Assembly (NCBI GenBank): GCA_019058295.1
Contig: JAHPZI010000008.1
Span: 1-64,000 of the forward strand
Source of the DNA: Promethearchaeota archaeon
GTDB taxonomy: Archaea > Asgardarchaeota > Lokiarchaeia > Sigyniarchaeales > SOKP01
Reading direction: 5' to 3'
Length of the DNA: 64,000 nt
Below the pieces are notes generated by a model, which had not been told where the DNA came from, ran no database searches, and saw only the letters and a program-made list of their open reading frames with translations. Every line of letters starts with the position of its first letter. Position 1 is the stretch's first letter. The position numbers were made by a program, and so were the translations under genes. Below are positions 1 through 11,339 of this stretch, in pieces.

Positions 1-136
1 ATGACCTTAGGAAAGTATTTTAAAATTATTTATTCATCAAAGGGTTTAAAGGCTAGAATTATAAATATTTTAAAATTTAAGTTTGACAGAAATTTAACCC
101 GTGAATTATATCATTTAAAAGCTTTCTACAGACAGT

Positions 137-1024
137 CTAAATATTTTTAAGATTTAATTTCTTTGTCAATTCTTTATATCTTGAGCGAAGGGTTACTTCT
201 GTGACTCCTATTGTTTTAGCAATTTGATTTTGTGTCACTTTTTTGTCTTTAATCTTACATGCTAAATAAAGAGCTCCAGCAACTATTCCTTTCGGATCTT
301 TTCCACTAGTATTTAAATTAGATTTAAATGCTTTTAAAAGCCTGAGCGTAATTTTTTCTACCTCGGCATCTAATCCCATTTCTACAATAAATTTGGGTAC
401 AAGAGCGATTGGATCTGTATTCGGTACTTTTAATTCTAATTCTCTTATTAAAGCGCTATAACATCTTCTTACTTCCTTAGCTTCTACCGAAGCTTCGTCT
501 ATGACTTCTTGAAGTGTTCTTGGAAGCTTCACCATTCTTATAGCAAAATATATACATGCTGCGATCATTCCGTTAATGGATCTACCTTTAAGCAATTTCT
601 TTTCAAAAGCTCTTCTATAAAGATGCATAGCTTCTAATTTAATATAATCAGGTAAATTCAAATTGGTACATATCCTTTTTAATTCAGTAGTAGCGATTAA
701 AAGGTTTCTTTTTTGCCATGATATTCGAGTGTCCCATTTAGCAGCTCTTTTTAAATCTGGATTAATGATATTTTTATTGTCTATGACTGTAGTAAATCCC
801 ATGTCGGGCAATAAACTTGAAATGGGAGCTCCAGTGGTTTCTCTTTGATTTTTTTCCAGCAAAGTGAAAGCCCTTCTTCCGCTATGAGAGAAATCTATTG
901 ATCTTTCATCTACAACTAAACCACATTCCCCACATATTATATCCCCATTTTCAGGAAGGGAAATAATTTGTCCCCCACACTCGGGACATGTCTTAATATT
1001 TTTATTTATATCTGAAAGCGTAAT
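137..1024 (-). CDS. tfb: Transcription initiation factor IIB (TFB) paralog; frame extended upstream of the ORF-track start (862) to include the Zn ribbon
   Basis: Two cyclin repeats (LKGRSINGMIAACIY, GKDPKGIVAGALY, GVTEVTLRSRYKEL). The same frame upstream of 862 reads ITLSDINKNIKTCPECGG...ICGECGLVVDERSIDFSHSGRRAF. No in-frame ATG; probable ATT start at 1024-1022, 6 nt after SD GGTGAT (1036-1031). Confidence 0.92.
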   Translation of the reverse strand: MTLSDINKNIKTCPECGGQIISLPENGDIICGECGLVVDERSIDFSHSGRRAFTLLEKNQRETTGAPISSLLPDMGFTTVIDNKNIINPDLKRAAKWDTRISWQKRNLLIATTELKRICTNLNLPDYIKLEAMHLYRRAFEKKLLKGRSINGMIAACIYFAIRMVKLPRTLQEVIDEASVEAKEVRRCYSALIRELELKVPNTDPIALVPKFIVEMGLDAEVEKITLRLLKAFKSNLNTSGKDPKGIVAGALYLACKIKDKKVTQNQIAKTIGVTEVTLRSRYKELTKKLNLKNI

Positions 1025-1042
1025 TATAATATCACCATACTC

Positions 1043-2053
1043 CTATAAACCTGTTTGTTTTAATTTATCTAATAATTCTTTTTGAGTCTTATTTAATCTA
1101 TTTGGAACTTTAATTTTTATTTCCACTAAAAGACAGCCTCTTTCATTAGAATTAATTTTATAAAATCCTTGATTTTTTAATCTTAATACTGAAGAATCAT
1201 GAGTTCCTTCTGGTACGGTGACGTTTAGATTTTTTTCTATACCAGGTACTTGTATTTTACCTCCAAGTACCGCCGTGGTAAATGGAATCTCTTGGACAAC
1301 ATATAAATCATCATCCTTCCTTTTAAATATAGGATGTTTTTTTACATGAATTGAAATATATAAATCTCCTGAAGCACCTCCATTTTCTCCAGGCATTCCT
1401 TTTCCTTTAAGACGTAATTTCTGATCATCTCTAATACCTCTCGGGATCCTAACTTTCAATTTTTGAGTTTGACCAGAGACAGGATCTCTATACTGAATTC
1501 TTCTTTCTCCACCATTAAAGGCATCCATAAAATTAATTTCCATATCATAACGCAAATCATCACCTTCTCTTGGTGCATTCCTAAATGGACTTGATCTAGC
1601 TCTCGTGCTCCCTCCTCTATTGGAAAACACATCAAAAATATCGCCTAAATCATTAAAAAAGTCAAAACCACCCGAACCACTTCGAGAATTTTTATGGTTA
1701 CCAAATATTTCATTAAAATCAAATCCTCCAGGTGCTCCCGAGGTTGAATAATAATAGGTTGTTCCGTCTGGCGATCGATATCCTTGTCCACCTTGCGGAG
1801 ATCCTCCACCCCATTGCTGATATGAAGTAGGATCACCATCAACTACTCCAAATTTATCGTACATTTCTCTTTTCTTATCATCATTTAAAATACTATACGC
1901 TTCGTTTATTTCTTTAAATTTTTCACCAGATTTAGGTTCATCCGGATTTACATCAGGATGATATTTTCGAGCCATTTTACGAAATGCTCTTTTGATTTCT
2001 TCCTTTGAAGCGTTCTTATTTATTCCCAATATTTTATAATAATCTTTTGCCAT
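1043..2053 (-). CDS. dnaJ: DnaJ-family (class B/CbpA-like) co-chaperone without the Zn-finger
   Basis: J-domain KDYYKILG...YHPD, G/F-rich region, C-terminal DnaJ_C; no CxxCxGxG repeats. Confidence 0.93.
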   Translation of the reverse strand: MAKDYYKILGINKNASKEEIKRAFRKMARKYHPDVNPDEPKSGEKFKEINEAYSILNDDKKREMYDKFGVVDGDPTSYQQWGGGSPQGGQGYRSPDGTTYYYSTSGAPGGFDFNEIFGNHKNSRSGSGGFDFFNDLGDIFDVFSNRGGSTRARSSPFRNAPREGDDLRYDMEINFMDAFNGGERRIQYRDPVSGQTQKLKVRIPRGIRDDQKLRLKGKGMPGENGGASGDLYISIHVKKHPIFKRKDDDLYVVQEIPFTTAVLGGKIQVPGIEKNLNVTVPEGTHDSSVLRLKNQGFYKINSNERGCLLVEIKIKVPNRLNKTQKELLDKLKQTGL

Positions 2054-2126
2054 ATTTTACAACCTTTTTCTTGTTATCTTGAAAAATTAAAAAAAAATAA
2101 TTAATTAAAAAAAAAACTCATTTAAT

Positions 2127-4040
2127 TTATTCATACTCAGCGTCTACCACATCATCTTGTCCCGTAGCTCTTCGGAATTTTTCTTCTTCAATCTCATCTT
2201 GCGTCTTACCTTGATAATCATAAGATGCGCCTGGCATGTCACCCATTCCACCAGGTGGAGCACCTTGATATCCACCAGTATATGCACCTTGACCTGGTTG
2301 TTGTCCGTACATTCTTGCTGAAACATCATGTAAAGCAGTTTGTAATGCTTCCATAGAACTCTTAATTCTATTAACATCATTAGTCTCCATTGCACTTCTA
2401 AGATCTGAGATTTTATCTAGTATACTAGTTTTCAGATCACCAATTACAGCTTCATTTTCCTTCAATAATTTCTCTGTCTGATAGATTAATGCTTCGGCGT
2501 GATTCTTCGCCTCAGTTAATTCTTTGAATTTAGTGTCTTCTTCAGCATTTCTCTCAGCTTCTCGAACTTTTTGTTCAATTTCAGCATCAGACATTTTAGT
2601 AGAAGCGGTAATCGTTATTGACTGACTTCTTCCAGTTCCCTTATCTTTTGCAGATACATTTAAAATACCATTTTGATCGATATCAAATGACACTTCAATT
2701 TGAGGTACGCCTCGTGGTGCTGGTGGAATTCCAGTTAAATGAAATTTGCCTAGTGTTATATTGTCCGCAGCTCTTGGGCGTTCTCCTTGTAATACATGAA
2801 TCTCGACTGCAGGTTGATTATCTGCAGCTGTTGAGAAAACTTCTGTTTTGGCAGTAGGAATTGTAGTATTTCGCTCGATTAACCTTGTAAATACCCCACC
2901 TAAAGTTTCAACACCTAATGATAAGGGGGTGACATCTAGCAAGAGTAAATCTTTGACTTCACCAGTTAAAACTCCTCCTTGTACAGAAGCACCTAACGCA
3001 ACGCATTCCATTGGATCAATACTTCGCTCAGGTTTAGTCCCTAAAAATTGCTCAAATTTTGCTTGTACACTTGGCATTCTTGTAGGTCCACCAACTAAAA
3101 TTACCTTATCGACTTCCCCTTTTTTCATTCCAGCATCTCTTATTGCCTTCTGAATTGGAGCCTCTAATCTTTTCAATACTGGGTCAATTAGTTGCTCTAA
3201 TTTTGCTCGTGTTAATGTCATATTGAGATGTTTAGGACCAGCATCAGTTGCAGAAATATAGGGTAAATTAATATCTGTGTTTACGGCAGTTGAAAGCTCA
3301 ATTTTAGCAATTTCCGCAGCTTCTCTAATTCTTTGCATTGCCATTGAATCTGAACGTAAATCTACTCCTTCTTTAGTCTTGAATTCGTCAGCGATATAGT
3401 CGACTAAAATTCTATCCATATCAGTTCCGCCTAATTGAGTATCTCCAGCTGTAGAAATGACTTCAAATACCTGATTGTCCATTTCCATTATAGTGACATC
3501 AAAAGTACCTCCACCAAGATCTAATACAGCAATTTTTAAGTGAGCCTCCTTCTTATCTAAACCATATGCAACAGCTGCAGCAGTGGGTTCGTTAATTAAA
3601 CGCTTAACATTTAATCCTGCGATCCTTCCTGCATCTTTCGTCGCCTGTCTTTGATTGTCATTAAAGTACGCTGGTACTGTAATTATCGCATCTGTGACTT
3701 CTTCACCTAAATACGCACTCGCATCTTCCTTAATTTTTCTTAAAATCATTGCCGAGATTTCTTGTGGTGTGTAATCCTTGCCATCAATAGTGACCTTGTA
3801 AGAAGTTCCCATCTTTCGTTTAATTGCAGTAATAGTTCTATCTGGATTTGAGATTGCTTGACGTCTTGCGGGTTCTCCGACTAATCTTTGACCATCCTTT
3901 GTGAAAGCTACCACTGATGGAAATGCTTTGCCTCCTAGGGTATTGCCTTCAGCACTAGGAATTATTTCTGGTTTACCTCCTGTCAATACAGCGGCTGCTG
4001 AGTTTGAAGTTCCTAAGTCAATTCCAATTATTTTTCCCAT
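2127..4040 (-). CDS. dnaK: Chaperone DnaK (Hsp70)
   Basis: [40 protein letters not shown] motifs. Confidence 0.99.
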   Translation of the reverse strand: MGKIIGIDLGTSNSAAAVLTGGKPEIIPSAEGNTLGGKAFPSVVAFTKDGQRLVGEPARRQAISNPDRTITAIKRKMGTSYKVTIDGKDYTPQEISAMILRKIKEDASAYLGEEVTDAIITVPAYFNDNQRQATKDAGRIAGLNVKRLINEPTAAAVAYGLDKKEAHLKIAVLDLGGGTFDVTIMEMDNQVFEVISTAGDTQLGGTDMDRILVDYIADEFKTKEGVDLRSDSMAMQRIREAAEIAKIELSTAVNTDINLPYISATDAGPKHLNMTLTRAKLEQLIDPVLKRLEAPIQKAIRDAGMKKGEVDKVILVGGPTRMPSVQAKFEQFLGTKPERSIDPMECVALGASVQGGVLTGEVKDLLLLDVTPLSLGVETLGGVFTRLIERNTTIPTAKTEVFSTAADNQPAVEIHVLQGERPRAADNITLGKFHLTGIPPAPRGVPQIEVSFDIDQNGILNVSAKDKGTGRSQSITITASTKMSDAEIEQKVREAERNAEEDTKFKELTEAKNHAEALIYQTEKLLKENEAVIGDLKTSILDKISDLRSAMETNDVNRIKSSMEALQTALHDVSARMYGQQPGQGAYTGGYQGAPPGGMGDMPGASYDYQGKTQDEIEEEKFRRATGQDDVVDAEYE

Positions 4041-4069
4041 TTTATATCACTCCTTTTTATTTTTTTTGT

Positions 4070-4750
4070 TTAATTTTTTTGATTTTTTTCTAAATTTTGT
4101 AAATCTGATTTTTTTGATATTTTGACCTTCGCAGGCCTTAAAACATTGTTATTAAAAAAATAACCTTTATCTATTTCTTCTATTATCGTATTCTCAGGGA
4201 GATCATCCCTCACTTCGACCATCATTGCTTCTTGTTTGTATGGATCGAATTTTTCTCCCTCGCAATTCATCGGTCTGACACCTTCTTCTTCAAGCAGTTT
4301 TTCAAAATTTTTAACTAATAATTCAAAACCTTTCTTCATTGATTCTCCATTCTCAATTACTTCTAAAATATTTAAAGCTCGAATTAAATCATCATAATGC
4401 TGAATTAATTTTTTAAGAATCTTCTCTGTAACTAATGTTTTATATCGTTCATTTTCCCTTTTTGTCCTTTTCTGATAATTCTCAAAGTCAGCGCGGACTC
4501 TGAGAAGTGAGTTTAAAAATTCCTTATTATCTTCTTCTAACTGCTTAAGTTTTCTCGAATCATCCTTGAGATCGTCTATTTCCTTTAACAATTCGTCATT
4601 TTTAGTCTTTATTCGCTTATGTTCCTCAGCAAGTAATTCATATTTCTGAATCAAATTATTATAATCTTCAATTGTAACTCTATCTGATGATCTTCGATTA
4701 AAACCATCTTCTTTTATAAAACTATCAAAATAATCTTCGATTGATACCAT
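4070..4750 (-). CDS. grpE: Nucleotide exchange factor GrpE
   Basis: LLRVRADFENYQKR, GEKFDPYKQEA, KGY...VLRPAKVKIS; directly upstream of dnaK. Confidence 0.96.
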   Translation of the reverse strand: MVSIEDYFDSFIKEDGFNRRSSDRVTIEDYNNLIQKYELLAEEHKRIKTKNDELLKEIDDLKDDSRKLKQLEEDNKEFLNSLLRVRADFENYQKRTKRENERYKTLVTEKILKKLIQHYDDLIRALNILEVIENGESMKKGFELLVKNFEKLLEEEGVRPMNCEGEKFDPYKQEAMMVEVRDDLPENTIIEEIDKGYFFNNNVLRPAKVKISKKSDLQNLEKNQKN

Positions 4751-4838
4751 TTTATTATATCTCCATTATTTTTTCATTTATTATCATATCAATTTTTTAA
4801 TTTTTTGTTTATAAATCCAATTTTTTCAATGTTTTCGA

Positions 4839-4873
4839 TGTCAACCGACGGTTGACAAATAATCAATTGTCAA
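4839..4873. promoter_or_regulatory. Perfect palindrome TGTCAACCG-A-CGGTTGACA plus overlapping TTGACA-N10-TGTCAA; candidate operator of the heat-shock operon
   Basis: GC-rich dyad in an AT-rich leader, just downstream of a minus-strand BRE/TATA-like AAAACGAAGCATTTAAATAG (~4893-4912). Confidence 0.7.
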
Positions 4874-5152
4874 ATTAATATTGTAAAACTACCTATTTAA
4901 ATGCTTCGTTTTTTGAAAAAATAAGCTTTGAAGCCCTAAACTAATAAAAATTAAAAATTTTAAAAAAAAAATTTACAAATTATTTGTTTAAAAAAATTCG
5001 AAATCCAAGATTTTATAGAACAAAAATCGATACTAAAGATGATTAAAACTTGAATATCATTATTTTTCTGTTCATCTTAAACTTTTTTAATTGTATACAA
5101 TTATCGAATTAAACTTGAAATATTTAGAAATAGTATACATTTCTGTAGTACG

Positions 5153-6259
5153 ATGAAAAGATTTAAGACTATTGATACTGCTCGTGGAATGGCCATTTTT
5201 GGAATGGTGGTTGGACATATGCTTAATTGGTGGTTAACTGAGGCGGATTTATGGATATATCTAGTTTACTATATAATTTTGGCGCCCCTTGGAGTTTCTG
5301 CTTTTTTATTTATTTCAGGAGCAAGTACCACTTTAGCTTATAGAAAAAGGCTTATGTTGCTTAATGAATCAGATGAATTTAATATGCAAACAGTCAGGAA
5401 TGTGTTTATGTTAAGAGCATTAATTCTCCTGGGTATTGCTTTAATTTATAATATTGTAGGAGCTTTTCTAATATTTGAAGATCTTACATGGATTTGGGCT
5501 TGGAATGTTTTACAAACAATAGCTTTTTCACTTATTATAATATGGCCCTTATTAAAGACTTCAAAAATCCTTAGAATAATTCTTGGGATTATATTATTAA
5601 TTGCTAATCAATTAATTTTTGAATTCCTATTACCCTATCAAGGGCAGATTAATTTTTACGGGATAATATTTTATATTTTATTCAACCCAACACATGAATA
5701 TGTAATTCTACCCTTTTTCTCTATGTTTCTTCTCGGAACAGTATTAGGAGATTTTCTCTTTGAATTAGATCAAATAGAAAATCAAGATGAGAGGAGAGTT
5801 GCTTTTAAAATTCATCTAATCTACTCGTTAATTTTAGGATTTATTCTAATTATATTCGGCATTTTATTTCAATTTCCTAGTTTTTTAGAACATGCTATGT
5901 TTTCATCGATGGTTTATTCATTGGGATTGATCTTAATTATTTTTTCAGTATTAATGATTATTGAAGAACTTGAAATCATAAAGATAAAAAAAAGCCATAA
6001 ATTTTTCTATTATTACTCCTATTATTCCTTTTCTATATATATAGCCCATAATATATTATATTTTCTCTTTTTACGTCAGCTCACCATAATTACAATATGG
6101 ATTCCAATAATTGTGACAATGATTATATTAAGTCTATTAATTAGATACATCCATAAAAAAATAGGACCATATGCATCTATAAAATTTGGCATAAGCGTAC
6201 TTTCTTTTGTAATAATAGTGAGAAAAAAAGATAAAATTAAGCTGATTTTAGCAAATTAA
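5153..6259 (+). CDS. DUF1624/HGSNAT-like membrane acyltransferase
   Basis: KRFKTIDTARGMAIFGMVVGH and FLFISG motifs; multiple TM helices. Confidence 0.8.
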   Translation: MKRFKTIDTARGMAIFGMVVGHMLNWWLTEADLWIYLVYYIILAPLGVSAFLFISGASTTLAYRKRLMLLNESDEFNMQTVRNVFMLRALILLGIALIYNIVGAFLIFEDLTWIWAWNVLQTIAFSLIIIWPLLKTSKILRIILGIILLIANQLIFEFLLPYQGQINFYGIIFYILFNPTHEYVILPFFSMFLLGTVLGDFLFELDQIENQDERRVAFKIHLIYSLILGFILIIFGILFQFPSFLEHAMFSSMVYSLGLILIIFSVLMIIEELEIIKIKKSHKFFYYYSYYSFSIYIAHNILYFLFLRQLTIITIWIPIIVTMIILSLLIRYIHKKIGPYASIKFGISVLSFVIIVRKKDKIKLILAN

Positions 6260-6375
6260 AAAATTATGAATTATTTGAGAGTTTAATTTTTAAATTAAGA
6301 GCTATAATATAAAACACAATAGGCACAATATTTAAAAATTAAATATTTAGAAATCACAGACATTTCGGTCTAATA

Positions 6376-7497
6376 ATGAAAAGATATAAAACCATTGATA
6401 TGATTCGCGGCTTGGCTATGATTATAATGGTAGGGGGGCACATGTTAGATTGGTGGTTAACAGCGGAGGATTATTGGTTATTTTTATTTTTGTATTCATT
6501 TTTAGCTCCTATAGGGGCTTCTGGATTCGTATTCATTTCAGGAACTGTTACCTTTCTATCTTACCAAAATAATATGTTAAAACCTGAAGCTTCAGATAAA
6601 TTATTTAGGCAGAAACTAAGAGATATATATATATTTAGAGCGCTTTTTCTCTTAATAATTTCGTTTATTTATAATATTGTTGGTGCATTTACAGTGTTTG
6701 GTGGTGATATTAGAGCAATTTGGATGTGGAATATCCTACAAACACTTAGTTTTTCATTTTTTATGGCATGGCCATTATTAAAAACTTCAAAAATCCTTAG
6801 GGTAACCCTCGCAATTATTATATTAATTATAGATCAACTAATATTAGGACTCGTAATTGATCATATAGGGCAAGCTAATATTTATGGTTTCATATATTAT
6901 ATCTTTTACTATCCCTTATACTTATATCCAATTCTTCCTTATTTCACTATCTTTCTTTTTGGAACCGTAGTGGGAGATCTTATCCATAATCTTAATCTAA
7001 TAGAAGATATAGATGAAAGAAAAAACGCCTTTAAAAAGAAATTTATTTATCCATTCATTTTATTAGGATCCGTCATAACTATTTGCGGAATTTTATATCT
7101 TTTCCCTAGTTTTTTATATTATTCAACCCTTTCAGCTATATTTTATTCCATTGGTGTATTGTTTCTATTAATTTCAATAACACTTGGTTTAGAAGAATTT
7201 GAAATTTTTAAATTGAAAAAAAGCTATCGATTTTTCTTTTATTACTCTTATTATTCATTTACAATCTATATAGCTCATAATCCTTTGTTTTTTCTATTTT
7301 ATCGTCAATTAACTGTGATTACAATCTGGATAGTAGTTATTCCAGTATTATTTATAATGACAATTTTAATAAGGTATATGTATATTAAATTGGGGGCTAA
7401 AGCGTCTTTAAAGGTAGGGATAAGCGTTGCAAGCTTTCTATTAGCAACAAAATTAGAGAAAAGAAGAAAGAGAAAAATTTTAGGAAGAAATAAATAA
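6376..7497 (+). CDS. DUF1624/HGSNAT-like membrane acyltransferase (tandem paralog)
   Basis: KRYKTIDMIRGLAMIIMVGGH; collinear with 5153..6259 (WPLLKTSKILR and FYYSYYSF shared). Confidence 0.8.
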   Translation: MKRYKTIDMIRGLAMIIMVGGHMLDWWLTAEDYWLFLFLYSFLAPIGASGFVFISGTVTFLSYQNNMLKPEASDKLFRQKLRDIYIFRALFLLIISFIYNIVGAFTVFGGDIRAIWMWNILQTLSFSFFMAWPLLKTSKILRVTLAIIILIIDQLILGLVIDHIGQANIYGFIYYIFYYPLYLYPILPYFTIFLFGTVVGDLIHNLNLIEDIDERKNAFKKKFIYPFILLGSVITICGILYLFPSFLYYSTLSAIFYSIGVLFLLISITLGLEEFEIFKLKKSYRFFFYYSYYSFTIYIAHNPLFFLFYRQLTVITIWIVVIPVLFIMTILIRYMYIKLGAKASLKVGISVASFLLATKLEKRRKRKILGRNK

Positions 7498-7523
7498 AAA
7501 AAATTTTATTTAGATTTTTTAAC

Positions 7524-8858
7524 TCAGTCTTTCTCCCAATCAAAATCTAAAGTAATGAATTTCTTCGTAAAAAGATAAGCTATTAAAATAATTCCAGAAC
7601 ACCATAAACCCCAAAGCACATATCCCCATGAAAAATCTTTTCCGGGGATATTAGGTAATCCTAAAATAAATCCTGTAATAAATAAGGCGATTGCTTGAAA
7701 AATATTAAGTAAAATTTGTGGAAATCCAGCATATAATCCTGCCTTTCTTCCTGTTTCTCCAGATTTTACTTCAGCGTCTTCAGCTAAGTCTGCGAACCAA
7801 ATATATGGAAATAAATACCACCCTCCAATAAAAGCTGCGACTATTAAAACAAAAATTATGGTAATTAGAAAGGGTATTTCACCAGGAATAAGTCCTATTA
7901 AAGTGAAAGGAAATACTATGATACCTGTCATTAGGATTATAGAAAATGTTGATTTTTTGCCTTTTTTATCAATAAGTTTTTTCCACATAAAAAGAAAAGC
8001 CGTAACTCCAACTATAAGGCATACAGCAGCTAAATATAAGGTAGTACCTTCCAATTTCAATACAATTGTTACGAAACCCAAAATCGTTGGTGTAATCATA
8101 CCAATAGCTAAAAAAGCAATGGCCTGTAACCAACATACATTCATGAAATTTTTATCTTTAAATACTTTCTTTAAATCATCAATGAAGCTCATCTGAGCAC
8201 CTTCAATTGTTTCTACCGGCAGAATATATGCACACGTATAAAACAAAGCAATTAATAATGATGCAAACGCTATTATTAAGATTATAAATATAAGGTCAAT
8301 CGCTCCCGTTTTTTGAAAAGATACTACCAATGGTGGAAATACGAGTAGCGTAAAAATTATACCAATACCTACTCCAATAAAACCAAATAGATTTTGAAAA
8401 GCGGATGCTTTAGGTCTTTCATTAACTATGAATTGCTCTGCAACCCAAGATTGATAAGGTGTTGTTAAACCCCCATATGAGAATTGAAACATCGCATCCC
8501 ATATTAATATCCATATAAATAATACAATATAACCTGGATTTTGAAGAAATATCATCGGTAATAATGCACATATAAAAGATATTGCTGTTAATGGAGCGAA
8601 AAAAATCATGAAAGGTTTTCTCCGCCCATATTTTGTTTTCGTACTGTCAGATAACCATCCCATTAGAAATTGCCCAGCTGCTATGCTTAATTTTCCAATT
8701 GCCATTGCAATACCTTGCAATAACGGATGAAGGCCATATACTGAGATGTAAAGAAACAAAATCCCGAAATCAACAATATTTAAAGCGATTCCAGCACTTA
8801 ATCTTGGCATTCCATATGTTAAGTACTTTCCAATCGAAGTCTTTCCTTCTGATTCCAT
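7524..8858 (-). CDS. MFS transporter, GPH/MelB-like family
   Basis: GWLSDSTKTKYGRRKPF motif; about 12 TM helices. Confidence 0.85.
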   Translation of the reverse strand: MESEGKTSIGKYLTYGMPRLSAGIALNIVDFGILFLYISVYGLHPLLQGIAMAIGKLSIAAGQFLMGWLSDSTKTKYGRRKPFMIFFAPLTAISFICALLPMIFLQNPGYIVLFIWILIWDAMFQFSYGGLTTPYQSWVAEQFIVNERPKASAFQNLFGFIGVGIGIIFTLLVFPPLVVSFQKTGAIDLIFIILIIAFASLLIALFYTCAYILPVETIEGAQMSFIDDLKKVFKDKNFMNVCWLQAIAFLAIGMITPTILGFVTIVLKLEGTTLYLAAVCLIVGVTAFLFMWKKLIDKKGKKSTFSIILMTGIIVFPFTLIGLIPGEIPFLITIIFVLIVAAFIGGWYLFPYIWFADLAEDAEVKSGETGRKAGLYAGFPQILLNIFQAIALFITGFILGLPNIPGKDFSWGYVLWGLWCSGIILIAYLFTKKFITLDFDWEKD

Positions 8859-8943
8859 TTTTATAGAAATAATTCGGATTATGTATTTTTAAAATTAAAT
8901 AAAATAAAATCAAAAAATCAAAAATATTTTATTGTTTTAAGAA

Positions 8944-10446
8944 TTAAAGCTCTTTTTTAGCAGCTTTTTCGAGAATTTCACCAACATAATAAAACCCTAC
9001 AAGATTTCCTCTTTTCTCAAACTTTCTCGATACGAGTAATATAATTACATGCTCATTTTCGTCAACTGCACCAATTTTTACAGCGCAATTAACGGAATGT
9101 TCAATTATATCCTCGGCAGACATATTGAAGAAATCAATATTTTTATTGTGTATGGGCTGTACACCCCATAGTAAATGAAGTTCCCTTGCTGTTCTTTTAT
9201 GAGGTGTAATCGCTATTATCGGGAGCGGAGGTCTGTATTTTGCAATCATTCGAGCCCCAATTCCTCCACGTGTAATTACTAATACTTTTCCTCTGAAATT
9301 TAGATCTTCCATTTCGGTTGCTAATGCGTGAATCGCATGTCCTAAAATTTGAGTATGTGTTAATCTATCTGAGTCAAATTCGTCCGGGATTCTTTTTGGC
9401 ATATTTTCTTTTGCTGTGAAAGCAATTTTATTCATGTATTGAACCGCATTTATAGGATAATTACCCACAGCAGTTTCTGCAGAGAGCATAACTGCATCTG
9501 TTCCATCGATAACTGCATTGAATACATCATTTGACTCAGCTCTCGTAGGTATAGGTGCATTAATCATTGATTCAAGCATTTGAGTCGCTACAATAACAGG
9601 TTTACCCTCCTTATTGCATTTATAAATCATTTCTTTTTGCCATAGTGGTACTAGATCAGGAGATATTTCGACTCCAAGATCTCCTCTTGCCACCATAATC
9701 CCATCTGAAACATCTAAAATATTGTCAAAATTATCTAATGCTATAGGGCGCTCAATTTTTGAAATAAGCTTTATATTATTGTTCCCATAATTTTCAAGTA
9801 GCTTCTTGACGTGAAGTACATCTTCTCCTGCTGATACAAAAGATATTGCTACATATTCAGGATTGATGTCAGCAATTACTTCCAAATCCTTTATATCTTT
9901 TTCAGTAGGAACTCTATGTTTTAATTTTCCATAGGGAATATTAACTCCTTTTCTATTGCTTATCATTCCACCTGCGATTACCTCTCCTATAAGATGGTCT
10001 TTTTCTTTGCTTTTTACTTGAATTTTTATAATTCCATCATTCACAAAAAAGAAATCGCCCTTATTTACTGATTCCAGAAATCCATCTAAAGGAACTGAAA
10101 ATTGATTCTGATCTCCAATAATATCCTTCTCATACACTTTAACCTCTTGGCCAACATTTAAAATATATTTATCGTCTTTAAATTCTCCAACCCTAATTTT
10201 TGGTCCTTGTATGTCAGCTAATATTCCTACATAATCGTCTACTTCTCGAATTCTTTTAACCAACTCTATTTTTTCATCATGAGTTCCATGTGAGAAATTT
10301 AAGCGAAATACATCTACACCTGCCTCAATAAGACTTTTAAGCATCTTCTCTGAACTACTGGCTGGTCCTAAAGTACTAATTATCTTCACTGTATTCTCTC
10401 TAATATGCTTTTTATACTCTATATTATTCATAAATAATCTCTCCAA
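8944..10446 (-). CDS. pyk: Pyruvate kinase
   Basis: KIISTLGPAS, RLNFSHG, DIQGPKIR, IMVARGDLGVE, ATQMLESM, DGTDAVMLSAETA. Confidence 0.98.
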   Translation of the reverse strand: MERLFMNNIEYKKHIRENTVKIISTLGPASSSEKMLKSLIEAGVDVFRLNFSHGTHDEKIELVKRIREVDDYVGILADIQGPKIRVGEFKDDKYILNVGQEVKVYEKDIIGDQNQFSVPLDGFLESVNKGDFFFVNDGIIKIQVKSKEKDHLIGEVIAGGMISNRKGVNIPYGKLKHRVPTEKDIKDLEVIADINPEYVAISFVSAGEDVLHVKKLLENYGNNNIKLISKIERPIALDNFDNILDVSDGIMVARGDLGVEISPDLVPLWQKEMIYKCNKEGKPVIVATQMLESMINAPIPTRAESNDVFNAVIDGTDAVMLSAETAVGNYPINAVQYMNKIAFTAKENMPKRIPDEFDSDRLTHTQILGHAIHALATEMEDLNFRGKVLVITRGGIGARMIAKYRPPLPIIAITPHKRTARELHLLWGVQPIHNKNIDFFNMSAEDIIEHSVNCAVKIGAVDENEHVIILLVSRKFEKRGNLVGFYYVGEILEKAAKKEL

Positions 10447-10499
10447 GAATTAGAATCTATATTCAATTCTATAATAATTAATATTAATATTCTTAAAAA

Positions 10500-10985
10500 T
10501 TATTCATTTTCTACTAGATTTTTAATTTTTTCTAAGGTTTTCCTAAACTTTTTGTTAAAATCCTTTAACAATTCAATTGAGCTTGAGTAATCTTCAATAG
10601 TTTGAATCTCTTTTAGCGATAATAGGTTAATTCTCTTTTTTGGAAAAAGAGAATATTGAATTAATTTTAAATTGTTCCTTGTCGCATAATCTTTCGCTAG
10701 ACTGACTAAGAAGTCTGAACTTTGAGATGCTAAAATGATTGCTAAAAAATATCTTACTTTTGGTTGATTTGAATAATTTTTCACAATAATTAAAAAGATG
10801 TTTTTAAATTGCTCCTTTAAATTGTAAATATGCTTTATTGACAAGGTTTTTTGAGATTTATCAATTAGTTCAGAGAATGGTGGAAATTTACCCTTTAATT
10901 TTATAGCACTCTTAATAACATTGCTTTCTAAATAAGATTTTAAACCTTCTTGATTCATTGAAGAAATATCCTTGGAATTTTTCAT
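10500..10985 (-). CDS. Hypothetical protein
   Basis: 161-aa ORF with SD-like AGGAG upstream; no recognised motif. Confidence 0.65.
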   Translation of the reverse strand: MKNSKDISSMNQEGLKSYLESNVIKSAIKLKGKFPPFSELIDKSQKTLSIKHIYNLKEQFKNIFLIIVKNYSNQPKVRYFLAIILASQSSDFLVSLAKDYATRNNLKLIQYSLFPKKRINLLSLKEIQTIEDYSSSIELLKDFNKKFRKTLEKIKNLVENE

Positions 10986-11339
10986 TTTAAAATAACTCCT
11001 TTATATTAATTCATTAATAATAAGCTATAATTTTTCTAAATACGCCGTAGGTATTAAAATTTAATCTGGTTTTTATTCTAAAATTCGGATAAATTTATGA
11101 GTATTTTTAATAGTTCCTTTAAAAATATATTTTTATATACAAAACATACCGTTTAAATAAATGATCGAAAGATATAAATAGGCAATTTATTATATATTTT
11201 TGTTTCCAGTTAAGAGATGGAATTGGGAAAAAATTGCCCTTCTATCATATATTATAAATAACATAATTTATAATTTATAATGGATGAATTTAAAAGGTAA
11301 AATTTCCCATTATCTCATAAGATAGAGCGAGGTGCCGAA

